This document shows positions 19,464-28,211 of a stretch of 64,000 nt of DNA, piece by piece; the first letter of the stretch is position 1; every line of letters starts with the position of its first letter. The notes under the pieces are model-generated. The model was not told the DNA's origin and did no database searches. It saw nothing but the letters and a program-made list of their open reading frames with translations. Source of the DNA: Minisyncoccota bacterium (GTDB taxonomy: Bacteria > Patescibacteriota > Minisyncoccia > Phycocordibacterales > Phycocordibacteraceae); contig JALHOO010000003.1 of NCBI GenBank assembly GCA_022842945.1, forward strand, positions 14,458-78,457, in the 5' to 3' direction. Both the position numbers and the translations under genes were made by a program.

Positions 19464-20918
19464 ATGAATTCAAAGAATGACACGCGTTCGCGCGGTCCTC
19501 GTCGTGAGGGTGGCGCACCGCGTCCACGTTCTGGCGGACGTCCAGCTCCTATGAGCTCGGCATACGAAGCGGGCATGAAGTTCGCTCTCGATAATGGTTT
19601 CAAGCGCCCTGCAACAGCGGCGGTTGAGTTTAAGCGTTCCCGTCCCTCGGGAGGCGCTGGATCTCGCGGTCCTCGTCGCGATGCTGGACCGTCTCGTAGC
19701 CCTTCGCGTGGAGGCTCGACAAGCTCACGCGGTGGCTACTCTCGCCCACAGTCTGGCGGTTCTCGTTCTGGAGGTGGACGCTCAGGCGGACGCAACTTCC
19801 AGGAGATGAACGTCGATCTCTCAAAGCTTGTTAACAAGGCAACGGCTCCAGCTGAAGTTGAGGTATACGTACCAACACACACCTTCGCAGAGTTCGCCGT
19901 TGACGAGCGTTTGAAGACAAACATCGCAAACAAGGGCTACGTTGCGCCAACTCCTATCCAGGACCAGTCTATTCTTCCTATGCTCGCAGGACGCGACGTA
20001 GTGGGAATCGCTAACACGGGTACCGGAAAGACCGCAGCATTCCTTATTCCTCTCATCGACAAAGTACTCAAGTTCCGTGCCGCGGGTACAGACGAGCGTG
20101 TGCTCGTTATGGTGCCAACGCGTGAGCTTGCTATCCAGATTGAGGACGAGTTCTTCGGCTTCGCTAAGGGTCTTGGTGTTAACTCCGTAACCTGTGTCGG
20201 AGGCGCAAACATCGTGCCGCAGATTCGCGTGCTTAAGCGCAACCCAGCCTTCGTTATCGGAACCCCAGGACGTCTTAAGGACCTTATGGAGCGCCGCGAG
20301 CTTAACCTTGAGCACTTCGGTACGGTTGTACTCGACGAGGCAGATCGCATGCTCGACATGGGATTCATCGACGACATGCGTTTCATCATGTCGAAGATGC
20401 GCAAGGAGCGTCACACACTCTTCTTCTCAGCTACAATGTCCCGCGACATTCAGGCACTTATCGGTGCGTTCTTGAACGATCCGGTACATGTGTCTGTTAA
20501 GACTCGTGAGACGTCGCACACCATTGATCAGGACGTGATCAGGGTGCATCACACTCAGAAGTTCGACAAGCTCGTAGAGCTTCTTAAGGACGAGAGCTTT
20601 GACAAGGTACTCGTGTTCGGACGCACCAAGCATGGCGTAGAGCGCCTTGCGAAGGATCTCCGTTCGTCTGGTATCCGTGCAGACTCTATCCACGGGAACA
20701 AGACGCACTCTGCCCGCCAGAAGGCACTCATCGCCTTCAAGCGTGGCGACGCGCGTGTGCTTACGGCAACTGACGTTGCGGCACGTGGTCTTGATATCTC
20801 GGGCGTCTCGCACGTGATCAACTACGACCTCCCGTCGACTTACGAGGACTACACTCACCGTATCGGCCGCACTGGCCGCGCGGGGAAGGCGGGCATGGCC
20901 CTTACCTTCATTCCGTAA
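19464..20918 (+). CDS. DEAD-box RNA helicase with RG/S-rich N-terminal extension
   Basis: PTPIQ, TGTGKT, PTRELA, DEAD, SAT and HRIGRTGR motifs. Confidence 0.97.
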   Translation: MNSKNDTRSRGPRREGGAPRPRSGGRPAPMSSAYEAGMKFALDNGFKRPATAAVEFKRSRPSGGAGSRGPRRDAGPSRSPSRGGSTSSRGGYSRPQSGGSRSGGGRSGGRNFQEMNVDLSKLVNKATAPAEVEVYVPTHTFAEFAVDERLKTNIANKGYVAPTPIQDQSILPMLAGRDVVGIANTGTGKTAAFLIPLIDKVLKFRAAGTDERVLVMVPTRELAIQIEDEFFGFAKGLGVNSVTCVGGANIVPQIRVLKRNPAFVIGTPGRLKDLMERRELNLEHFGTVVLDEADRMLDMGFIDDMRFIMSKMRKERHTLFFSATMSRDIQALIGAFLNDPVHVSVKTRETSHTIDQDVIRVHHTQKFDKLVELLKDESFDKVLVFGRTKHGVERLAKDLRSSGIRADSIHGNKTHSARQKALIAFKRGDARVLTATDVAARGLDISGVSHVINYDLPSTYEDYTHRIGRTGRAGKAGMALTFIP

Positions 20919-21009
20919 GGAAACTAAACGCTTTTACAACGCACACCCTCGCCTTTGGCGGGGGTTTGCTATACTTAGGGACATAGTATTTAAGGGCATA
21001 TATATTCGT

Positions 21010-21702
21010 ATGGAAACTAAAGTTAATGGCGCAGGTACCTTTTTCGAGAAGTACGGTACGGCACTTGCGGTACTCGTTGGTGCACTCATCATCGGAAGCG
21101 CATTCGCATTCGGACAGGGTGGGGAGCGTGCACCCGTTGCAGGAGAGCCTATCGCGGTTGATATCAAAGATGTAGAGCTCGACAATGGTCCTTCGGTTGG
21201 GCCTAAGTCTGCAAAGGTATCTGTAGCGGTATGGTTTGATTACCAGTGCCACTTCTGCAAGCAGTACGAGACCACTACTATTCAGGAGATTATCGCTGCA
21301 TACGGAAACGATGTGCGCATCGTATACAAGGACTTCCAGTTCCTTGGAAGCGCATCGAACGATGCGGCACTCTACTCACGCGCTGTGTGGGACGCATACC
21401 CAGACCGTTGGAGCGAGTGGTTCGCAGGTATGTTCGAGGCAGGTCCTGACAGCGAAGGAACCCTTAACCTCGCTGCCATGGACGCACTCTCGTCTCGTCT
21501 TGGACTTGATGTCGCGCGCCTGACTAAGCTCCGCACGGATAAGGCCTCTGAGTACCAGGCTGCTATTGATGCAGACCGTGCTGAGGGTCAGTCCTTCGGT
21601 ATTAACGGAACCCCGGGTACCATCATCGGTACTACGCTTGTCGCTGGCGCTCAGCCATTCGCAAGCGTAAAGGCGCTCATTGACGCCGAGCTCGCTCGCT
21701 AG
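21010..21702 (+). CDS. DsbA-family thiol-disulfide oxidoreductase
   Basis: N-terminal TM, DYQCHFC and GTP motifs. Confidence 0.92.
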   Translation: METKVNGAGTFFEKYGTALAVLVGALIIGSAFAFGQGGERAPVAGEPIAVDIKDVELDNGPSVGPKSAKVSVAVWFDYQCHFCKQYETTTIQEIIAAYGNDVRIVYKDFQFLGSASNDAALYSRAVWDAYPDRWSEWFAGMFEAGPDSEGTLNLAAMDALSSRLGLDVARLTKLRTDKASEYQAAIDADRAEGQSFGINGTPGTIIGTTLVAGAQPFASVKALIDAELAR

Positions 21703-21717
21703 CAAGAAGTGTAGATA

Positions 21718-21747
21718 GCAAAAGCCGCTCAATTGAGCGGCTTTTGC
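21718..21747. terminator. Bidirectional hairpin terminator
   Basis: GCAAAAGCCGCTCAATTGAGCGGCTTTTGC perfect palindrome. Confidence 0.75.
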
Positions 21748-21759
21748 TATTATGTGCAC

Positions 21760-22269
21760 ATGACTCCCAAAGACGTGCTCGTGAACGATCTCATGCAGAG
21801 CGGGTATCGGTATGTTAGAAGCGAACCCGTAGGCAAGAACTTTGCGAAAGACTTCACGCCGGATCTTACACCAAAGGAAGTCCTTCAGTTGGGTGCGTTT
21901 GGTGGAAAGTATATGACGGACTGCAAGGATGAATTTCCGAAGGACTGGTATGACGGCGTTAAGCTTTGTCACGAAAAGCATGTAGCAGAGTTCAACTGCT
22001 TCGGTGTGAACGCATCCCAGCCTTTGTCGGTGTGGCGAGCTAAAGGATGGATATACGAAGAGGATCCTCGCGGGTGGTTCCAATGGTACTGCCGGTACTA
22101 TATGGGTCGCAGGATTCCAGAAGAGGATGCGCGGCAGATTAAGCGGTGGAAGCAGATGGTGCGACACGTGGCGCAGGTTAAGTATGGGTGCCGTGCGGGA
22201 GACACCACGTGCCGTCCGCGTCAGAGGCAGGCCCTGTTGCACTGGGCGTATGATAGTAGGAAGCTATGA
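21760..22269 (+). CDS. Conserved hypothetical protein (DPRGWFQWYCRYYMGRR family)
   Basis: GAFGGKY, RGWFQWYCRY and RQRQALLHWAYD motifs. Confidence 0.8.
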   Translation: MTPKDVLVNDLMQSGYRYVRSEPVGKNFAKDFTPDLTPKEVLQLGAFGGKYMTDCKDEFPKDWYDGVKLCHEKHVAEFNCFGVNASQPLSVWRAKGWIYEEDPRGWFQWYCRYYMGRRIPEEDARQIKRWKQMVRHVAQVKYGCRAGDTTCRPRQRQALLHWAYDSRKL

Positions 22270-22676
22270 GCGAGTACGAGTTTGAACAGATTGCAGAAGG
22301 AGAGTGGGCGCGTATGCCAGAGCGCTTTAAGCGCGAGATTGTGAACGTTGCCCTCCTTATTGAAGACGAGGTGAGTGACGAGATACGTGCGCTCGAGGGA
22401 CTCGAAGAAGGAGATACACTCCTCGGCCTATACCAGGGCATTCCGTTAACCGAGCGCGGAAGCGAGTACGGCATTGGTATGACGATGCCCGACACCATAA
22501 CCCTCTACCGACTACCTATCCTTGAGGAAGCAGAAGAAATGGATAGAGCGTTTAGGGACGCGGTCCGCATCGTTGTACGGGAGACGCTATGGCACGAGGT
22601 TGGACATTACTTTGGGCTTCAGGAACATGCAGTTAACGAGAGGGAGAATGAGGGGACGAATGGGTTCGATACCTAG
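22266..22676 (+). CDS. Zincin-like metallopeptidase (DUF1025)
   Basis: LLGLYQG, PDTITLYR and HEVGHYFG motifs. Confidence 0.9.
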   Translation: MSEYEFEQIAEGEWARMPERFKREIVNVALLIEDEVSDEIRALEGLEEGDTLLGLYQGIPLTERGSEYGIGMTMPDTITLYRLPILEEAEEMDRAFRDAVRIVVRETLWHEVGHYFGLQEHAVNERENEGTNGFDT

Positions 22677-22701
22677 TCTGCCAGCAATGAAACTCCCCCG
22701 A

Positions 22702-22896
22702 TTACTCGGGGGAGGGCTTCAGGTTATTCGGATGAGAGATCGCTAACATCGCTCGTTTCTGGTCTTCCGTAAGCGGCGATGAGGCGCTGTCGGTCGGCAC
22801 GGATCTGCTTCTGAACTGAGGCAGGCGTTGAGCAAGAGGTCTTATGCGATGTGAAATGGCGGCGTGGTCAACGGTACGAGGATGTCTCGCGGTCAT
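22702..22896 (-). CDS. Small hypothetical protein (cassette 1)
   Basis: AGGAG SD before MTARHPR; hairpin CTCCCCCG...CGGGGGAG at its 3' end. Confidence 0.5.
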   Translation of the reverse strand: MTARHPRTVDHAAISHRIRPLAQRLPQFRSRSVPTDSASSPLTEDQKRAMLAISHPNNLKPSPE

Positions 22897-22987
22897 GCTA
22901 TTTTCTCCTATAACTACCCGGAGTAACCGTAGCATGTACCAACACGTGTTCCAACATCGCCCCATACAGCCAAGCTATACTGAATGC

Positions 22988-23395
22988 ATGAGTGAAATCA
23001 AACACATATGTCTTTGTGGCTCCATGTCTGTTCTTCCACGCATTCTGGAAGTTAAAGATACTCTCGAATCAAAGGGTATCATTGTTGAGACCCCTAGTCT
23101 TAATGAGCCGAGCGACTACTCGACACTCTCTGAAGCGGATCGTGCACCTATAAAGACTGAAATGATTAGACGTCATCTGGAACGAATTAAGACCTCGGAT
23201 GCGATTCTTGTAGTGAATGAGACTACAAAGGGGATTGAGAGCTACATTGGTGCAAATTCATTCCTTGAAATGGGTATTGCATTCGCATTTGAGAAGCCAA
23301 TTCTTTTACTGAATTCTGTACCTCAGCAACCTAATCGTGATGAGTTGCTCGGCCTAAATCCAAGGGAACTCAAGGGAGACCTGGATTCCATATAG
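22988..23395 (+). CDS. Nucleoside 2-deoxyribosyltransferase-like protein (cassette 2)
   Basis: ICLCGSM...SDAILVVN...YIGANSFLEMGIAFAFEKPI; TATACT just upstream of the ATG. Confidence 0.75.
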   Translation: MSEIKHICLCGSMSVLPRILEVKDTLESKGIIVETPSLNEPSDYSTLSEADRAPIKTEMIRRHLERIKTSDAILVVNETTKGIESYIGANSFLEMGIAFAFEKPILLLNSVPQQPNRDELLGLNPRELKGDLDSI

Positions 23396-23424
23396 ATTCC
23401 AACATCGTCCCAGCCTCCAGCAAT

Positions 23425-24186
23425 CTATAAAATCTTATACAACACTTCGCAGTACTCGAAGTCTGTTCCGAACTGCTCTGATTGTCGTCGAGAGAACTCC
23501 ATGATTCGCGAAGAAAGATCCCCGCCTACAAAAAGCTCAAGTGGCAGTATTTGAGACTTATACATCATTATCGCTTCAGTCTTCTTCAACACTTGCTCTT
23601 TTAAAAGAGGGGCGACTACCGTCTCTGCATTCGCTACGCTTGTTATGTGATCTGCGCTGAGCTTTTCTTGAGGAAGGGTGCAGGCGTACGGCAAGTCCTG
23701 ATATAGGAAGCAATGGACATTTCTGGATACTAAATGCGGAATAGCAGCATGCAAGACCTGCTTTATAAGTCGGTGATCCTGATGCAATTCCAGTCCAGGC
23801 GCATAGAGGTTAAGCTCCCTTTGTCCGCATCCTTCTAGGAAGGAAAGAAGGCCCCGAAGGAGAACTTCTTGAAGTTCTCCTTCGCTTGATCTGCGAAATA
23901 TACTGCTTCGGTATTGCTGGTCTAAGTGTCCCAGATTAACAATCTGTTCCTGCGGAACTCCAAGGAATTCAAGAGCCTGGCTATTTTCTTCTACTCTGGC
24001 TTTGTGCGCTTGATTGCTGTTAAGAAATCCAGAAGAAAGATCCCAGGGAGTGATATGAAGAGTGTCAGGCTTGCCGGCAAAGAATGTTATTACCGTTGAG
24101 ATGGCGCCTTCTTTCGCCAAGAGTCCGCCCAGAGAAAGGACAGCATCATCAAAGTGGGGTGAAAGTATAATGTTATATCTTTCCAT
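23425..24186 (-). CDS. PIG-L family deacetylase (cassette 3)
   Basis: SPHFDDAVLS, HQDH and YKSQ motifs; TATACT 7 nt upstream of ATG 24186. Confidence 0.88.
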   Translation of the reverse strand: MERYNIILSPHFDDAVLSLGGLLAKEGAISTVITFFAGKPDTLHITPWDLSSGFLNSNQAHKARVEENSQALEFLGVPQEQIVNLGHLDQQYRSSIFRRSSEGELQEVLLRGLLSFLEGCGQRELNLYAPGLELHQDHRLIKQVLHAAIPHLVSRNVHCFLYQDLPYACTLPQEKLSADHITSVANAETVVAPLLKEQVLKKTEAIMMYKSQILPLELFVGGDLSSRIMEFSRRQSEQFGTDFEYCEVLYKIL

Positions 24187-24268
24187 ATCTAGAAGTATAT
24201 ATCTTTCCTTCTGCATGGACTCCAACATCGTCCCAGACTGCCAGCAAAATTAGCCGTATACTTAGAGA

Positions 24269-24718
24269 ATGATCCCTCTCAAGAGGCTTTTATATACGTT
24301 CATCCAACCATTCAGAAAGCTGTATTGGTTTATGGTACGGCCGCATACCTTAGGAGTTAAATGCCTAATCGAACACGAGGGAAAATTTCTTTGCATACGC
24401 AATTCGTACTATCCATATTGGACGCTCCCTGGAGGGGGAGTTGGCAAGAACGAACTACCTAAACAAACAGCCCGAAGGGAGACGCTAGAGGAAGTAGGAA
24501 TTGATGCAGCAGACTGGAAGGAAATAGGAGAGTACCAAAGCAGGCGCGAGCATAAGAAAGATGTTGTGCACTGCTTCTACGTAGAGGTAGAGAGTCCGGA
24601 ATTTCAGATTGATAACGACGAAGTAATTGAAGCTCGTTGGTTCAGTGAAGACGAGATTCCTGAGAACCGATCGTTTGCTGTGGAGGAGGTCCTAGCTCTG
24701 TATGAGGGATCAAGATAA
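24269..24718 (+). CDS. NUDIX hydrolase (cassette 4)
   Basis: Nudix box PGGGVGKNELPKQTARRETLEEVG. Confidence 0.92.
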   Translation: MIPLKRLLYTFIQPFRKLYWFMVRPHTLGVKCLIEHEGKFLCIRNSYYPYWTLPGGGVGKNELPKQTARRETLEEVGIDAADWKEIGEYQSRREHKKDVVHCFYVEVESPEFQIDNDEVIEARWFSEDEIPENRSFAVEEVLALYEGSR

Positions 24719-24763
24719 AGGTTCCAGACTGCCAGCAATACTTTACAGGCTATAATCTCAGTA

Positions 24764-25420
24764 ATGGATTTCGTCGATGCCCTGGCAATAAAGCTCTGGA
24801 ACTATCACCACGTAGGTCATAAGTGGGAGAAAGCGGACATCATCTTTGCGCTCGGAAGTCATGATCTAGGCGTAGCGCGCTTTGCAGCACTCCTGTTCCA
24901 GGAGGGGTGGGCTCCGCTTCTGGCATTTTCGGGAGGCATCGCACATCAGGGTGATTCGTTGCGAACTGGCTGGGACAAGTCAGAGGCTGAGATGTTTGCT
25001 GATGTAGCGATGAGTGTGGGTGTCCCTAAGGAAGAAATCCTTATTGAAGACAGGGCAACAAATACGGGTGAGAACTTCGCGTTCATGGAGCAAGTGTTTA
25101 AAGACCAAGGACTGAATCCCAAGAAAGTAATTCTTGTACAGAAGCCTTACATGGAACGTAGGGCACTTGCCACGGCGCTCGCGCATTGGCCACAAAGAGA
25201 ATTCATTTCAACCTCTATGCCCATATCATTTGAGGACTATACGAGCGGGGATATACCGAAAGATCGCATCATTAACATCATGGTTGGCGATCTGCAAAGA
25301 ATTAAGCTCTACGGGGAAAAAGGATTCCAGGTTCCTCAGGAGATTCCAGAGGACGTATGGGATGCATACGAGAAGTTGGTTCAGTTGGGCTACACCTCAC
25401 ATTTGGTTACTGAAGCATAA
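24764..25420 (+). CDS. YdcF / DUF218 family protein (cassette 5)
   Basis: SEAE, ATNTGEN and QKPYMERR motifs. Confidence 0.9.
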   Translation: MDFVDALAIKLWNYHHVGHKWEKADIIFALGSHDLGVARFAALLFQEGWAPLLAFSGGIAHQGDSLRTGWDKSEAEMFADVAMSVGVPKEEILIEDRATNTGENFAFMEQVFKDQGLNPKKVILVQKPYMERRALATALAHWPQREFISTSMPISFEDYTSGDIPKDRIINIMVGDLQRIKLYGEKGFQVPQEIPEDVWDAYEKLVQLGYTSHLVTEA

Positions 25421-25469
25421 AGGTTCCAACATCGTCCCAGACTGCCAGCGATAACGCTATACTAGCTAC

Positions 25470-26030
25470 ATGCAATATAAGGCCCTTGTGTTCGACTTCT
25501 TTGGAGTGGTTTGTTCTGAAATATCTCCGTTCTGGTTCGCAGAGCACCTCCCGGATCGCGCAAAAGAACTTAAGCACCAATACCTGCGTCCTGCGGATCA
25601 AGGTGAAGTATCGCAAGAAGAACTATTTAATCAGCTCGCTATGTTGTCCAACCTTCCTGCGGAAGAAATTGAGCAGGACTGGAACGCACGTGCGGTTTTC
25701 AATACAGAGCTCGTAAGCTTCATAAGAGAATTGAAGGGTGAGTATAAACTTGGCCTTCTTTCAAACAGTATGGCTCCGCTCTTTCATACGCTCGCAGAGA
25801 AGGTTAATGTAGCCGACTTATTCGAACAGGTAGCGGTATCGAGCGAGATTGGTCATGCCAAGCCTGAACCAGAAGCATTTCAAGCAATACTGGCAAAGTT
25901 AAGCGTGCTTCCTGAGGAGGCACTAATGATTGATGACAATCAGGTTAATCTTGATGGTGCGAGGGAGATAGGAATGCCAGGATTCCTTTTCACATCAGTT
26001 TCGGGACTGAAGGCTGCATTAGGGAAGTAG
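25470..26030 (+). CDS. HAD-family phosphatase (cassette 6)
   Basis: FDFFGV, LSN, KPEP and IDD motifs. Confidence 0.9.
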   Translation: MQYKALVFDFFGVVCSEISPFWFAEHLPDRAKELKHQYLRPADQGEVSQEELFNQLAMLSNLPAEEIEQDWNARAVFNTELVSFIRELKGEYKLGLLSNSMAPLFHTLAEKVNVADLFEQVAVSSEIGHAKPEPEAFQAILAKLSVLPEEALMIDDNQVNLDGAREIGMPGFLFTSVSGLKAALGK

Positions 26031-26081
26031 GTTCCAACATCGTCCCAGACTGCCAGCAATAAAATCTGATACAGTCTAAGC

Positions 26082-26741
26082 ATGCAAAAGGCTTTTATAT
26101 TCGACATGGACGGCGTACTCGCAAATACTGAACCCTATTGGGAGGCCGCTAAAGCCGAGGTCTTCAACGAATTCTTAAATCCATTGGTAGTACAGAAGAT
26201 GGGTCCAACCATGGGCCTCAACATGGATAGTATCTACAATCTCGCTGTAGAATGCGGCGCGTCTTTAGATAAGGAGGCGCTCATCAGCGCCTTTTATGCT
26301 AAAGCACACTGGGTGTATGAGAACGCTGCATTAACGCCTAACGTAGAAGAGTTGGGAAGAGCTCTTCAGCGAATGAACTACGCCATTGCCATCGTATCCG
26401 CATCTCCAACAGATTGGATGAGTACAATTGTTGGCCGGCTTCCATTTCGAGAGTCTATTCGCCATCTAATATCTTTGGAAGACCGAAAGGATCTGGCGCA
26501 CAAGCCTGCGCCTGACGGATATCTTGAGGCTATGAGGGAGCTGGGTTCTGGACCCGAGACAACTATTATCCTAGAGGATTCAAATACCGGCATCGCGTCG
26601 GCAAAAGCTTCCGGTGCCTATACGATCGGACTGCGAGAGAATCTCATTGAGGGATACGTACAGGAAGGCGCCGATACATACGTTGAGAACATGGGAGATG
26701 TACTGCAGATTCTAGAGAATCGAGAAAAGGCCTCGGTTTAG
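26082..26741 (+). CDS. HAD-family phosphatase, beta-PGM-like (cassette 7)
   Basis: FDMDGV, KPAPDGY and EDSNTG motifs. Confidence 0.92.
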   Translation: MQKAFIFDMDGVLANTEPYWEAAKAEVFNEFLNPLVVQKMGPTMGLNMDSIYNLAVECGASLDKEALISAFYAKAHWVYENAALTPNVEELGRALQRMNYAIAIVSASPTDWMSTIVGRLPFRESIRHLISLEDRKDLAHKPAPDGYLEAMRELGSGPETTIILEDSNTGIASAKASGAYTIGLRENLIEGYVQEGADTYVENMGDVLQILENREKASV

Positions 26742-26779
26742 GAAGGTTCCAACATCGTCCCAGACAGCCAGCAATAATA

Positions 26780-26950
26780 TATAAAAAAGCGCCTCCTGCT
26801 GGTACATGCAGTTGGCGCTTTCGCTTCAGGTGTCTGATGGCCCAGACATTTTCCCCTCAGTCGCTGGTTCTGATAGGCCCCAGTAAGCCATCACCGAATG
26901 AACGACGATGCTAGAACTATACTAGCAGGATATATTTATTTGTCAAGTAC
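26780..26950 (-). ncRNA. Candidate small RNA or micro-peptide transcription unit (cassette 8)
   Basis: Minus-strand TTGACA...TGCTAGTAT promoter, about 130 nt with hairpins, and a terminator AAGCGCC...GGCGCTTTTTT. The only SD-led ORF seen is MSGPSDT. Confidence 0.45.
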
Positions 26951-27044
26951 AAAAAGTTCTAACATCGTCCCAGACCGCCAGCAATAACAAAAGCCGCTCA
27001 AAATAAAAGCTAAACGGCTTTTGTCTTTGAACGGCTTAGGGGAA

Positions 27045-27527
27045 TTAACCCCAATAGCTGCAGAGGAGAAGTTCAGGTTCGCGGAACTCGATTCCGGCAC
27101 GTTTGCAGAACGCAGCCAGTTTCTCGCGCCACTCGGGTTTGACCTCAACGCCCTGTCCGAAGGAAAGTGGCGAGCCTCGACTGCTCACGTGGTCGCAGTC
27201 CTTGACGGCGAGAATCCACATGGGGTATTCGCCCGAGCAGTGCTCGACCAGGGTAACACCGAATTCCTCCTCCAGATTCCTTTTCTTGGCCCAGTAATCG
27301 GACCAAGTCTGGGCATACGCAGGATCGGAGTCGTACTTCTCCTTATCGAAGGAGTCTGGCTCCCGGAGACCGACGAGGTTTGCAAGGAAATCCTCGAATT
27401 CCATCGACTCCTCGTCGTCGTCGCCAGGCAGCGTCAGCCATTCGGGTGATTCGCCCTCGACTTCGTCCCCATCTTCATTGTGGATTCGAAAGCCGTAGCA
27501 GAGAATTCCGTTCGTTGAGACGCCCAT
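27045..27527 (-). CDS. Acidic hypothetical protein (cassette 9)
   Basis: MGVSTNGILCYGF...LLCSYWG; GGGAG SD; TTGACA promoter next to the repeat at 27621. Confidence 0.8.
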   Translation of the reverse strand: MGVSTNGILCYGFRIHNEDGDEVEGESPEWLTLPGDDDEESMEFEDFLANLVGLREPDSFDKEKYDSDPAYAQTWSDYWAKKRNLEEEFGVTLVEHCSGEYPMWILAVKDCDHVSSRGSPLSFGQGVEVKPEWREKLAAFCKRAGIEFREPELLLCSYWG

Positions 27528-27670
27528 GGCATTTCTCCCTTTAGCTTGTGATAGATCAATTGGCCACAAATAGGCTTGGTACTATCATAGCACGATATTG
27601 CTTATTTTGTCAAGTACAAAGGTTCCAACATCGTCCCAGACTGCCAGCAATATTTGGTACACTTTCAATT

Positions 27671-28132
27671 ATGAAATGGGACATTCCGCCAGATATAAAG
27701 ATATATGAAGCGCTGGGAGCAGTTGCCGATGAGCGAGTTAAGGCAGACGAAAATCGAGCCAAAGTTTATTCCTCAAGTGGTAATAAATTCTACGACGTAG
27801 AATATGACGCAGACTCGGGGTCAATCATGACGAACGATAATGGATCGTATTGGAAGGGGTATCTTGGTTATCCAGCCGTTGCGTACTTAATGTCGCTCAG
27901 GGTACTAACATACAACTCTAATCTCGGGAGTTTAATGCAGGGAATCGCCTGGAAGGATCTCAATACCAAGTACAAGAATGATTTTGAGAAGACGCTTGAT
28001 TTCATACTTAAAGACCTACCTATAGGGGCTAAACAGGAGCTTCAGGATTATGTATCCCAGGTTCAGGGAGAGATAGTAAGTCTCGACCTAAGCCTCTTAG
28101 GTAAGAAAACTCTACCGCCGCAGGGATACTAG
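27671..28132 (+). CDS. Conserved hypothetical protein (cassette 10)
   Basis: KIYEALGAVAD...SSSGNKFY...NDNGSYWKGYLGYP; TACACT -10 box upstream. Confidence 0.8.
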   Translation: MKWDIPPDIKIYEALGAVADERVKADENRAKVYSSSGNKFYDVEYDADSGSIMTNDNGSYWKGYLGYPAVAYLMSLRVLTYNSNLGSLMQGIAWKDLNTKYKNDFEKTLDFILKDLPIGAKQELQDYVSQVQGEIVSLDLSLLGKKTLPPQGY

Positions 28133-28211
28133 AAAACCATATACCTTCCTTGCCTCCTAGCTTTAAAAATCACACCTCCAGCTGGTAAGGCTGGAGGTGG
28201 TCGTCTTGTTT

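Noticed and set aside
21376-22242. 288-aa minus-strand ORF
   Set aside because: It is antisense to dsbA and the conserved hypothetical gene, crosses a terminator and has no recognisable motifs.
22610-22687. Intact tRNA-Gln overlapping the zincin gene end
   Set aside because: The upstream sequence cannot form acceptor, D or anticodon stems; only the 3' fragment is tRNA-like.
26860-26900. Fluoride riboswitch (minus-strand GGTGATGG start)
   Set aside because: The downstream consensus elements and a plausible regulated gene are missing.
27548-27670. N-terminal extensions of cassette ORFs running through the repeats (also 22844, 24228, 28412)
   Set aside because: A -10 box and a better ATG lie on the gene side of each repeat; the extensions merely translate the repeat.
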